Assembly: GCA_051294375.1 (NCBI GenBank)
Contig: CM119264.1
Coordinates: 9,174,764 to 9,238,763, forward strand
Direction of reading: 5' to 3'
Origin: Paraspadella gotoi
Lineage: Eukaryota > Animalia > Chaetognatha
Length of the DNA: 64,000 nucleotides
Made by a program: the position numbers and the translations under genes. Of the stretch, positions 52,531-64,000 are shown one piece after another; position 1 is the stretch's first letter, and each line of letters starts with the position of its first letter. The notes beneath the pieces were generated by a model, which was given only the letters and a program-made list of their open reading frames with translations, did not search any database and had not been told where the DNA came from.

Positions 52531-54864
52531 GATTCAAAGATGTGCTGTCGCGTTTTCCATCGGGTATCCGTCTCTCGAGAAACCCTGAAACACTTCATCA
52601 AGGTCGCAACGTCGTTCTCGCCAGCAGTTCTAGTCGTCGTCGTCGTCGTCGGCGTCGTTTCTTCTCACATTTTCGTGTTTTTCTCATCCTCACTCCGACT
52701 CTCATTGTCATCATTCGTCTTTTACGTCACTGTCATCTTTCCTCTCAAATTATATGTCCTTTTATTTTATTTATTTATTATTAATTGTCATCTTCATTAT
52801 AAACGATTATGACTTGGATATTAATACATAACTACATGATATAATATTACAGTATATTCAGTTTAAATATTGCGTCAACTTATTAATCCTGTTTAAAACT
52901 TATAAGTATCATTGACGTCATTATCATCATCATCATCATCATCTTCGTTACGGGTCGAAAGTTTCGTCGTCGCGCACATCGTCGTTCTCATCGTCGCTCT
53001 CAGTGTATCACTCTTAACTCGTTCGTTTTTATGACGATACCTTGAGAGAGCGAAACGACAGGAATGAATTCTGTTTCATTCTATTTCATATTTTCTGATT
53101 TTACGCATTCATTTAATTCGAGTCATTTCCATTTCAAAGTGTCACCTCCTTGTCTGATTCGTGTTCAACGTCCGTGTAGGTGTCGCGACCGTCCATGTCT
53201 CTTTCCACGTATGCGTCCGAATATGTGTCGATGTCCGACGCCAGCGAACGAACGAAAATTCTGTCTCGTTTCTGATATTTCGCGCAGTACGAACCGATCA
53301 CAAAGAAAGGAAACGTAGATGGTCCTGTGCGCATGCGACGTTCGCACGCGTTGGTCGTACATGATATGTCATTATTATGGTATTAGTCTATTAGGTAACG
53401 TGATACAAAGCTTCACTTTCGTTTTTTGAATTTAGAACTTATTCAATGTATTCAGAGTTTTCCGGAGTTAAGCAAGCAAGCTTCAATGCACAAGCTTTAA
53501 TCATGCGGTTGAACGTAAAAGAAAATCCAAACTACCAACAGGCTGATATTTCCAGTGACAGCAACCAGGGAACCAAGCAACCAAGCAACCAAGCAACGCG
53601 TGGCGTGTAAAAAATTACTTCTTTCGGCGACATCTGAATCTCGAATGAGTCCCGGTGGCGTCTTCGTTTTTTAGTCGTCGACGTCGTCGCATTTTTCCCC
53701 AATTTTTCGTCGTTGTCGTCGTCATTTTTCTTCGAATTCTTCGTCGTCGCATCTTCCATTTCTTTTTTATTTTTTTTATTTTCACTTTCCTTTTTGCTCT
53801 TTGTCTTAGTTGTCGTCGCCATTATGCAGTTTTCGTCGTTATTATCATCATCATCCATCACTGACATTTGAGATAACCAGCACGCGTCATAATCATCATC
53901 ATCATCAACATTGTCGTCATCATAATCATCATCATCATCATTTCATCATCATCAACATCGTCGTCATCATAATCATCATGCGTCATCATCATCGTCGTTG
54001 TCGTCGTCGTCGCGGTTCTCATCGTTGTCGTTTTCCTTTGAGGGTCTTTCTCATTGTCGTCATCGATGTCTCTCTTTGAAACCGATTTCCATCCACCGTC
54101 GCGACGTCATCACATCTTTCATCAACTAAGATTTCTTTGGCATCGTCATTCTCTTCGTCGTCGTCGTCGTCGTCGTTGTCGTCGTCTTTCTTCGCTTACT
54201 CCTTTTCTTCTTCATAGGACGTTTAATCTTGTTTAAGTATTTTATGTTTATTAAAAGCGAAGGAAAGAATATAATTAATGATGAAGCCTCTGGAAAACAA
54301 ACCATCGCCGCGTCTTAGACCATTTGCTCCTTTCTAAGGATCTTATTGCCGGTCGTGTGGACATCCTATTTTACGGTTTTTTGGTCGGTCAGTCCTCGAT
54401 AAGACGAATCTGGGTTATATCGAGAAGTCCGACAGACTGTATGATGATAGCTAGTATCGAGGATTATATGATCAATAGCGGGCAGAGAAAGCGAAATGGG
54501 GTGAACTGAGTTTCATAAATATCTCTTCAACTCAAATGTGAAAATTAAACTTTTTACATTAGTTTCGAGTTTCTTTAAAAATATTCACTCAAGTTAAAAG
54601 ATTAGATGGAGCTTAATATCGTTACATCGTTGCGTCTTTCAATCATTAAATTCATATTTTTATCTTTGTATCTTAGATATTTACTTCAAAAGTAAATTAT
54701 AACATTAAAAAAAAAATAATTACGTATTTTTTTCTGTTTTTCTTTTGCTATCTTGTCTTCTTTTGACCTTTGACTTTCTTGAATTTCTTTAATCTTTATC
54801 ACTCGCAAAAGATAAGTCTTCGATTCTGCATCATGATTACGTGAATTTCTACTGTCACTCTTCA

Positions 54865-54941
<77 letters not shown>

Positions 54942-55081
54942 CTTCTCTCATATTTGATCACCTTTTTTTTTTCTCTGTCTCTATTTTTCTCTTTGGTTTT
55001 CTGTTTTCGCCTTTTTTTTAATCTCGACAAATTCTCGTCACGGTTTCACATCTCCATAGCTACGCCTGATCTTTTGTGGAT

Positions 55082-55163
<82 letters not shown>

Positions 55164-55244
55164 TACGTACAGACTATCTCTCTTCTTGTACTGACTCCCC
55201 GCTATCATCACGGTCGATAACCCACGTTCCTAAAGCGTCAGACC

Positions 55245-55299
<55 letters not shown>

Positions 55300-56266
55300 C
55301 TCTTCTCTCTCTCTCTCTATCTATCTCTCTTCTCTCTATCTCTATGTATCTCTCTATCTCTTTCTCTGTCCTCTCTTTCTCTCTCTCTTTCTCTCTCCAC
55401 TTTCTTTCTCTCTTTCTCTTCCCTTTCTATCTCTCTCTCTCCCTTTCTATCTCTCTCTCTTTCTCTCTCTCGTCTCGTCGAAATATTTTCAAGCCTCAAT
55501 GATTTGATATCCGCGGTCCATTAGCACGTCGTGTACAAAGGGGGGTTGAAGAGGGGGTCCCGTGTGTACGCAGGATCGCGTGCGCACGTTCCGGGGGCGC
55601 GCGAACGACGCCTCAGCGACGCCCTCGCACGTGTGGGGCTTTGCGGGGCGCGCGGTCGCCAGGCACGCGACCGGGTCCTCCCGCCCGCCCTCAGCCGCCA
55701 GCAGAGGGAGCAGGCTAGCGTGATTAGGTCGAGAGAGAGAGGAGAGAAGAAGAGAGGAGAGAGAGAGGAGAGAGAGAGAAGAGAGAGAAGAGAGAGAAGG
55801 AAGAGGAGAAGAGAGAGAAGAGAGGAGATTGGTTTTTTCCGGCTCCTGAACCCTAGTTATGCGCTGACTCTTTTTTTGCGCTGTTTTTATTTCGCAGCTG
55901 CTTCTTTTTCCCTATTCTCATCGTTCTACCATCCTTCTGTACTCACCTCTTACCTCGCTCTTGTCGTTACTCAACCTTCGACCCAGATCCTTCGACAACA
56001 GACTTAAATCCCCTAGACCACCTCAAGGGAGGGGGGAGAATCACTCCCGAGGGAAAAACCACCCCAAGGAAAATTATGCCGGAAAAAATCACCTCGGGGG
56101 AACAATGACTTGGACCGCCCAGAGCTTATTCGGCTTCACTGAAGGGTTTAATTCGCCCCCAAAGGCACGAATGATCCCCTGATCCGGAGACGATGCAAAT
56201 ACTGTTCTGTTTTTTCTGTCTATCTGTCTGTTTGTCTGACTGTCTGGTTGTCTGTTTGTCTCTCTT

Positions 56267-56297
<31 letters not shown>

Positions 56298-56667
56298 CTC
56301 TCTCTCCTCTCTTCTGACACAAAACCTTTTTTTTTTAGTAATCTGACTCAGTTTGTTCATTTTCTCTTTCACAAGAATTCCAACGATTTTCCAATCCGTA
56401 TTTTGGTAAGGTCAGTCACAACCTTTCCGTTTCAGATTCGTCAATTTTCCGTCGAAGCCTCAGTCATGACTTTTCGAGACGACAAAGTCATCAATTTTCT
56501 TTCACACGGCTGACCACAATTCCATTCCCTTGCTCACTCGCCATTTCCTTTCTCCTTGAAGGGAGAACCGCGTAATTAACCGGACGTGAACCGAGAAAGG
56601 AACATCGGCTTGGCGACGCGAGTGGAAAAGGGATTCGCGCGCCAAACGTTGCGAGGGAAAAACGGGG

Positions 56668-57046
56668 AATGAAAAGAAAAACTGAGAAATGAAAGAACAA
56701 ACTGAGAAATGAAAAAGAAAAACTGAGAAATGAAAAAGAAAAACTGAGAAATGAAAAAGAAAACAGAAATGAAAAGAAAAACTGAGAAATGAAAAAGAAA
56801 AACTGAGAAATGAAAAAGAAAAACAGAAATGAAAAGAAAAACTGAGAAATGAAAAAGAAAAACTGAGAAATGAAAAAGAAACTGAGAAATGAAAAAGAAA
56901 AACAGAAATGAAAAGAAAAACTGAGAATGAAAAAGAAAAAGAATGAAAAAGAAAAACTGAGAAATGAAAAAGAAAAACAGAAATGAAAAGAAAAACTGAG
57001 AAATGAAAAGAAAAACTGAGAAATGAAAAAGAAAAACTGAGAATGA
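56668..57046. repeat. Minisatellite, ~21-bp unit GAAATGAAAAAGAAAAACTGA (mirrored at ~58755-59117 across a gap)
   Basis: About 18 head-to-tail copies with small length variants. Confidence 0.92.
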
Positions 57047-57390
57047 ACCAAAGTTGCAAAAACATGAAATGCTAAAATAGGTTGGGGAAACACAAATAGA
57101 AATATAAGCAATTGCGACGAAACGTGTACAAATAAATTGAAAAAAATTGATTATTTAAAAATAAAGTCAGCAGATATTAAGATAGTAAAAAGTGTCAACA
57201 ACAATGAAATAAAAAAGATAATAATGCAGTAAATAACTTTAAGAACAGGAAGACGGAAAGAACTAAAAAATAGTTAAAAATAAAAGTGAGAAAAAATGCA
57301 TTAAGTACGACGATGGGAATCCACCTCAATCGTTCACCGCAAAGACGGGATCGAATTCAGAAAGTCTTGGCGTGCGCTGAGTGCTTTTTT

Positions 57391-58259
57391 GGTCTTTTTA
57401 CAAAACTCATAGATAGATCTGTACCACTCTGTTTTATAAAATTAATTGTTTACTGGTATAGTAACCTAACTAGTAGGAGTCGCTGGAAAGGAGATATCAG
57501 TGATGCTTTCATAGTGTCGTCAGGTGTACGGCAGGGTGGTGTCTTAAGCCCTTATTTCTGGGCTTTGTATGTAAATGACTTAATAACAAGATTAAAATAT
57601 TCTGGTTTTGGGTGTCATATAGGAAACTTATTCTTAGCAAGCATTTTTTATGCTGACGACATTGCGCTTTTGTCACCAAACAATAGCAGGTATGCAAACT
57701 CTAATAAATATCTGTGCTCAGTATTCAGAGCAGTTTTGTTTTACTTTTAGTTTAAAAAAAAACAAAAGTAATGTATTTTGGAAAACCTTACACAGAGTTG
57801 ATAAAGATTTCTTTCTCTTAACGTAACCCTATAGAACTCGTTAATAAATGGACTTATCTTGGCTTTAACCTGAGTAGCGACAAGGGGTCCTTATTTGAAC
57901 CTAGCAAAGAACTCTCATCTTTCTATCGATCTAGTAATTTGTTTAATAATGCTTTTATAACCATCTGAAGAAGTTCTAATGAAATTGTTTTATACAAATT
58001 GTGTCCCTATACTACTATATGGCTGTGAGGTAAAAATTTTTTGGCTAGAGACATGAACAGAATTAATGTTGCTATTAATGATGGTATCAGAAAAATATTC
58101 GGATTCAACCGATGGGAAAGCATTAGAGAGCTTCGGACTTTATTTGGTTACTGTGATATTATTACCATGTTTAACCAGCGTAAAAAGAACTTTATTTCCA
58201 AGATCTATAGTTCGAAAAATTTAGTTCTCAAAAAAATAATCGCATTCTTTAATGATTGA
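57391..58259 (+). mobile_element. 5'-truncated non-LTR retrotransposon (LINE) ORF2 fragment: RT core and C-terminal region, frameshifted
   Basis: LFTKLIDRSVP...WY...GVRQGGVLSPYFWALYVNDLI..L..SGFGCHIG...FYADDIALLSP. In shifted frames it continues GMQTLINIC...KKTKVMYFG, KWTYLG, CVPILLYGCEV and IRKIFGFNRWES. The clade (RTE-X/L2-like) cannot be assigned by eye. Confidence 0.9.
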
Positions 58260-59467
58260 AATATATTAATTGATAATTTGGACCTTTGTTGTCTGTGGTG
58301 GTGGTTTTCACGCAATCTTTAACTTTGTTTTGTTTTTAGACTTAGCTTTTTTGATGCTCCTGTATGTAGAGTGGTACAGATCTATCTATGAGTTTTGTAA
58401 AAAGACCAAAAAAGCACTCAGCGCACGCCAAGACTTTCTGAATTCGATCCCGTCTTTGCGTGAACGATTGAGGTGGATTCCCATCGTCGTACTTAATGCA
58501 TTTTTTCTCACTTTTATTTTTAACTATTTTTTAGTTCTTTCCGTCTTCCTGTTCTTAAAGTTATTTACTGCATTATTATCTTTTTATTTCATTGTTGTTG
58601 ACACTTTTTACTATCTTAATATCTGCTGACTTTATTTTTAAATTAATCAATTTTTTTCAATTTATTTGTACACGTTTCGTCGCAATTGCTTATATTTCCT
58701 ATTTGTGTTTTCCCCAACCTATTTTTAGCATTTCATGTTTTTGCAACTTTGGTTCATTCTCAGTTTTTCTTTTTCATTTCTCAGTTTTTCTTTTTCNNNN
58801 NNNNNNNNNNNNNNNNNNNNNNNNNNNNNNNNNNNNNNNNNNNNNNNNNNNNNNNNNNNNNNNNNNNNNNNNNNNNNNNNNNNNNNNNNNNNNNNNNNNN
58901 NNNNNNNNNNNNNNNNNNNNNNNNNNNNNNNNNNNNNNNNNNNNNNNNNNNNNNNNNNNNNNNNNNNNNNNNNNNNNNNNNNNNNNNNNNNNNNNNNNNN
59001 NNNNNNNNNNNNNNNNNNNNNNNNNNNNNNNNNNNNNNNNNNNNNNCTTTTTCATTTCTCAGTTTTTCTTTTTCATTTCTCAGTTTGTCTTTTTCATTTC
59101 TCAGTTTTTTCTTTTCATTCCCCGTTTTTCCCTCGCAACGTTTGGCGCGCGAATCCCTTTTCCACTCGCGTCGCCAAGCCGATGTTCCTTTCTCGGTTCA
59201 CGTCCCGGTTAATTACGCGGTTCTCCCTTCAAGGAGAAAGGAAATGGCGAGTGAGCAAGGGAATGGGAATTGTGGTCAGCGTGTGAAAGAAAATTGATGA
59301 CTTTGTCGTCTCGAAAAGTCATGACTGAGGCTTCGACGGAAAATTGACGAATCTGAAACGGAAAGGTTGTGACTGACCTTACCAAAATACGGATTGGAAA
59401 ATCGTTGGAATTTTGTGAAAGAGAAAATGAACAACTGAGTCAGATTACTAAAAAAAAAAAGGTTGTG

Positions 59468-59537
<70 letters not shown>

Positions 59538-62486
59538 CAAACAGACAACCAGACAGTCAGACAAACAGACAGATAGACAGAAAAACAGACAGTATTTGGC
59601 ATCGTCTCCGGGATCAGGGGATCATTCGTGCCTTTGGGGGCGAATTAAACCCTTCAGTGAAGCCGAATAAGCTCTGGGCGGTCCAAGTCATTGTTCCCCC
59701 GAGGTGATTTTTTCCGGCATAATTTTCCTTGGGGTGGTTTTTCCCTCGGGAGTGATTCTCCCCCCCTCCCTTGAGGTGGTCTAGGGGATTTAAGTCTGGT
59801 TGTCGAAGGTCGGAAGGGGTGATAAGCAGCGAGGGTCGAAGGTGGAGAAGACTGTAAACAGCGCAAAAAAAGTCAGCGCATAACCTAGGGTTCAGGAGCC
59901 GGAAAAACCAATCTCTCTCTCTCTCTCTCTCTCTCTAAAAGAAGAGAGATATAGATATATCTGTATTTATTCGTTGGCTTCATGATCCGCCATTGAAGAG
60001 TCGTTTTGTGATGCCAATCGCGAGATTTCGTTTCGGGTCGCGCGGGAGATAACTATCAATGTTTACCGAGGACGACTGAGAGCTGTCGCGGAGCAAGTAG
60101 ACGGACGATGTAGATGCGCTATGTACTCGTGGTGTGTACCGTAGGGACCGGGTTAAGTTCAGATCTGCGGTTCATCAAATGCACGTTCAGTGAGAAAGGA
60201 GAATGGCGAGGTGAGAAGAAATGGGAGGAGAGAGATGGAAAGATAATTGATGGTCAGACGAGTATTGTTGAAAAGTCAAATTGATGACTTTGGTCGGTCT
60301 TGACGAAATTAAGAAAGGTGCAATTGGACTTGTATCATGCTAACTGTGAGAACAGAGGATGAATAATTGAAGACTGGAAATGCTGAAAAACAGAGATAGG
60401 GGAGAGATAAAGTAGAACTAGCAGAGACCTATATATAACGTGAAAGCGAAGTTATAGAGAATAGGACGGAAACAAGAGTTGAGGAGAAAAGAAAGCGTAT
60501 AGGTGAGAGAGATAAGAAATTATGGCGATGAGGGATCTGAGAAAGGAGAGAAGAGAGAGAAGCTGAGTCGATTACTAAATAAAATAAAAGTAGAAAGTAC
60601 GGAGAAGGAAAGGGAGATAGAAAAGTAGAGAAGTGAGGAGAAAGGAGATGTGTAGTTTAAAAGAGGAAGGAATGTGTCCGACAGGAGAGAGAGAGAAATG
60701 TGAGCAGCACGCGACTTATTCTATTTTGAGCTGACAGCCAGAGCCGATCATTTGGCCTCAGTACCTAAACAGTCTACGAACAGAAGTCGAGTTATGGTGC
60801 AGGTCACGCCTATGGTGAGAACGAACATGGAGACTATGCGCAGAACGCAGAGTGAGGAACTTCGAGCCAGCCCATTCTATTGCAACGGTGTCTCCAGGGT
60901 ATCAGGGATCGATTCGTCGAGTGTGCCCTTGTGTCCTGGGAGCGTCCCGAATAACAACACAGGTGACAGGATGGAGATCCTGAGCCTCTAGCCAAGTGGC
61001 AATAACGGACGAGCCGCCAACGAACCGAACTAACAACAGCCCTCGATAACGTCAGAGACAGTTACGACGGACGACGAATCATAATGCCGCGTAGGAGAGG
61101 AGAAACGATGGCTAGACGCCTAATAGCAGGTCAATGTGCGATATTCCCGAAAAACATGTGAGAGCGGAGTGTGACAGAATGAGCTATCTGAGGAGAATCT
61201 CAATATTGACTGACTGTAAAAAAATAATGAGGTGGATTGAACCAAGTGAGAAACTAGTTGGACAGGAGAGAGAACGACGACTGTGATCGATCTCGAAGCG
61301 TTGACTCCGAACGACGGCGGCAGGGCGTGTGCGAAGGTTGACAATTTTCGCTTGCAGCTCGTGTGAGGATTTGGTGAGAGTTCATTCTTTTGTCTTCGTC
61401 ATCTACAACTAAAAAATCGCTCGTGGATTGTCTCGTTCGCCGGTTCGAGAAATGCATTGATTAGAATATTTTCTCCGACTAGAACGAGCCGACCTTTAAT
61501 GCGATTTAGCTTACAATCTTTCATTAATCCGCATTCTCCGCCACCGGTGCAAACATCCGAGCATTACATACATTTTTTTTTCGGACACCCGGCTGTGATT
61601 CCGCTGGATATCTTTTCTATCCGGCACGACTTTTTCTCGTCCAAGGCGATGCTAATTTTTCAGGGGCAGAAGAGAGATTTTTGTTCCGTTCGCTCGACCG
61701 CGCCGCCATGGGATTTACGACTGTCGAGCGCAGTGCTGCCTTGTTGTACGTTAGATGCCTCTGAGACGAGCTACATTGGAATCGGCATAGAGGCCGACGG
61801 GATGAATAAGCGCCGAAGGGGGTCCGGAGGTGGGAATACAGGCAGGGCGACGGGGTCGTACGGTGGAGATAAGAAAAAAGACTGTAAAACAGCGCAAAAA
61901 AAAAGTTCAAAGCGCTAATTGAACCGTATGGGTTCAGGGAGGCCCGGAGAATAAACCAAAAAAAATCTCTCTTCTACCTCTCTCTCTCAGTCTCTCTCTC
62001 GTGCGTCTCTGCTCTTTTGTTAATTCTCTCTCATCTCGACCTAATTCAGCGCGAAAAGCCTGCTTCGGACCTACTTCTGCTGCTGCGGGAGGGGCCGGTG
62101 AGGTACCTCGGTCGGCTGTGGCCTGGGCGACGGCCGCGCGCGATGGCCGCGCAAGNNNNNNNNNNNNNNNNNNNNNNNNNGCCCGCAAAGCCCCACACGT
62201 GCGAGGGCGTCGCTGAGGCGTCGTTCGCGCCCCCCGGAACGTGCGCACGCGATCCTGCGTACACACGGGACCCCCTCTTCAACCCCCCCTTTGTACACGC
62301 ACGTGCTAATGGACCGCGGATATCAAAATCATTGAGGCTTGAAAATATTTCGACGAGACGAGAGAGAGAAAGAGAGAGAGATAGAAAGGGAGAGAGAGAG
62401 ATAGAAAGGGAGAGAAAGAGAGAAAGAAAGTGAGAGAGAGAAAGAGAGAGAGAAAGAGAGACAGAGAAAGAGATAGAGAGATACAT

Positions 62487-62552
<66 letters not shown>

Positions 62553-64000
62553 TGAAAGTGACAGTAGAAATTCACGTAATCATGATGCAGAATCGGAAGA
62601 CTTATCTTTTGCGAGTGATAAAGATTAAAGAAATTCAAGAAAGTCAAAGGTCAAAAGAAGACAAGATAGCAAAAGAAAAACAGAAAAAAATACGTAATTA
62701 TTTTTTTTTTTAATGTATTAATTTTACTTTTGAAGTAAATATCTAAAGATACAAAGATAAAAATATGAATTTAATGATTGAAAGACGCAACGATGTAACG
62801 ATATTAAGCTCCATCTAATCTTTTAACTTGAGTGAATATTTTAAAGAAACTCGAAACTAATGTAAAAAGTTTAATTTTCACATTTGAGTTGAAGAGATAT
62901 TTATGAAACTCAGTTCACCCCATTTCGCTTTCTCTGCCCGCTATTGATCTATAATCCTCGATACTTCTATCATCATACAGTCTGTCGAGCTCTCCGATAT
63001 AACCCAGATTCGTCTTATCGAAGGACTGACCGACCAAAAAACCGTAAAATAGGATGTCCCACGACCCGGCAATAAGATCCTTAGAAAGGAGCAGATGGTC
63101 TAAGACGCGGCGATGGTTTGTTTTCCAGAGGCTTCATCATTAATTATATTCTTTCCTTCGCTTTTAATAAACATAAAATACTTAAACAAGATTAAACGTC
63201 CTATGAAGAAGAAAAGGAGTAAGCCGAAGAAAGACGACGACAACGACGACGACGACGACGACGAAGAGAATGACGATGCCAAAGAAATCTTAGTTGATGA
63301 AAGATGTGATGACGTCGCGACGGTGGATGGAAAGTCGGTTTCAAAGAGAGACATCGATGACGACAATGAGAAAGACCCTCAAAGGAAAACGACAACGATG
63401 AGAACCGCGACGACGACGACAACGACGATGATGATGACGATGATGATTATGATGACGACGATGTTGATGATGATGAAAATGATGATGATGATGATTATGA
63501 TGACGACAATGTTGATGATGATGATGATTATGACGGCTGCTGGTTATCTCAAATGTCAGTGATGGATGATGATGATAATAACGACGAAAACTGCATAATG
63601 GCGACGACAACTAAGACAAAGAGCAAAAAGGAAAGTGAAAATAAAAAAAATAAAAAGAAATGGAAGATGGCGACGACGAAGACTTCGAAGAAAAATGACG
63701 ACGACAACGACGAAAAATGGGAAAAATGACGACGTCGACGACTAAAAAACGAAGACGCCACCGGGACTCATTCGAGATTCAGATGTCGCCGAAAGAAGTA
63801 ATTTTTTACACGCCACGCGGTTGCTTGGTTGCTTGGTTGCTTGGTTCCCTGGTTGCTGTCACTGGAAATATCAGCCTGTTGTAGTTTGGATTTTCTTTTA
63901 CGTTCAACCGCATTGATTAAAGCTTGTGCATTTGAAGCTTGCTTGCTTAACTCCGGAAAACTCTGAATACATTGAATAAGTTCTAAATTCAAAAAACGAA

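Larger units (their letters stand above)
53418..64000. repeat. Second large fold-back inverted duplication: left arm 53418-57430, 937-bp spacer, right arm 58368 to window end
   Basis: ATAGATAGATCTGTACCACTCT(57430) mirrors AGAGTGGTACAGATCTATCTAT(58368). The last bases of the window are the reverse complement of 53418 onward. The right arm contains an extra noisy segment at ~59950-61990. Confidence 0.95.

Noticed and set aside
55500-55650. Minus-strand KPHTCEGVAEASFARPRNVRTRSCVHTG resembling a C2H2 zinc finger (mirror at ~62185-62270)
   Set aside because: The second Cys and first His are missing in both palindrome arms and there are no neighbouring fingers. It may be an exon, but the domain call is unsupported.
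56668-57046. Regular ~21-bp repeat near an RT gene, considered as a CRISPR-like or retron/DGR-like array
   Set aside because: The units are head-to-tail with no unique spacers, the RT is an ordinary eukaryotic LINE fragment, and the context is eukaryotic.
59911-59950. ATCTCTCTC...AAAAGAAGAGAGAT resembling a SMRTbell adapter remnant
   Set aside because: The diagnostic adapter core is absent and such sequence is expected by chance in this AG-rich genome.

Overview
AT-rich, microsatellite-dense eukaryotic DNA, most likely an invertebrate animal judging by its tRNA, LAMP and retroelement sequences. It comes from a gapped, partly error-prone draft assembly. The best-supported feature is a near full-length Ty3/Gypsy LTR retrotransposon (41086-47202, 4-bp GTAA target-site duplication). 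It has a 585-bp 5' LTR, PBS, PPT, a deleted and frameshifted gag, and an uninterrupted PR-RT-RH-IN pol reached through a textbook -1 frameshift signal (G GGA AAC plus an H-type pseudoknot). Its LTR unexpectedly carries an antisense tRNA-like unit with RNA polymerase III A/B boxes, and its PBS is non-canonical. Also present: an indel-ridden LAMP-family gene (minus strand, about 2.2-3.4 kb), a Phe/Thr/Pro tRNA cluster, a long-TIR MITE family, a 5'-truncated non-LTR (LINE) RT fragment, and a probable exon of a single-pass membrane protein. Two multi-kb fold-back palindromes (24.8-32.6 kb and 53.4-64 kb) and noisy stretches (about 1-5.8 kb and 60-62 kb) look like long-read or amplification artefacts. 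Most entries in the ORF track are microsatellite read-through, not genes.
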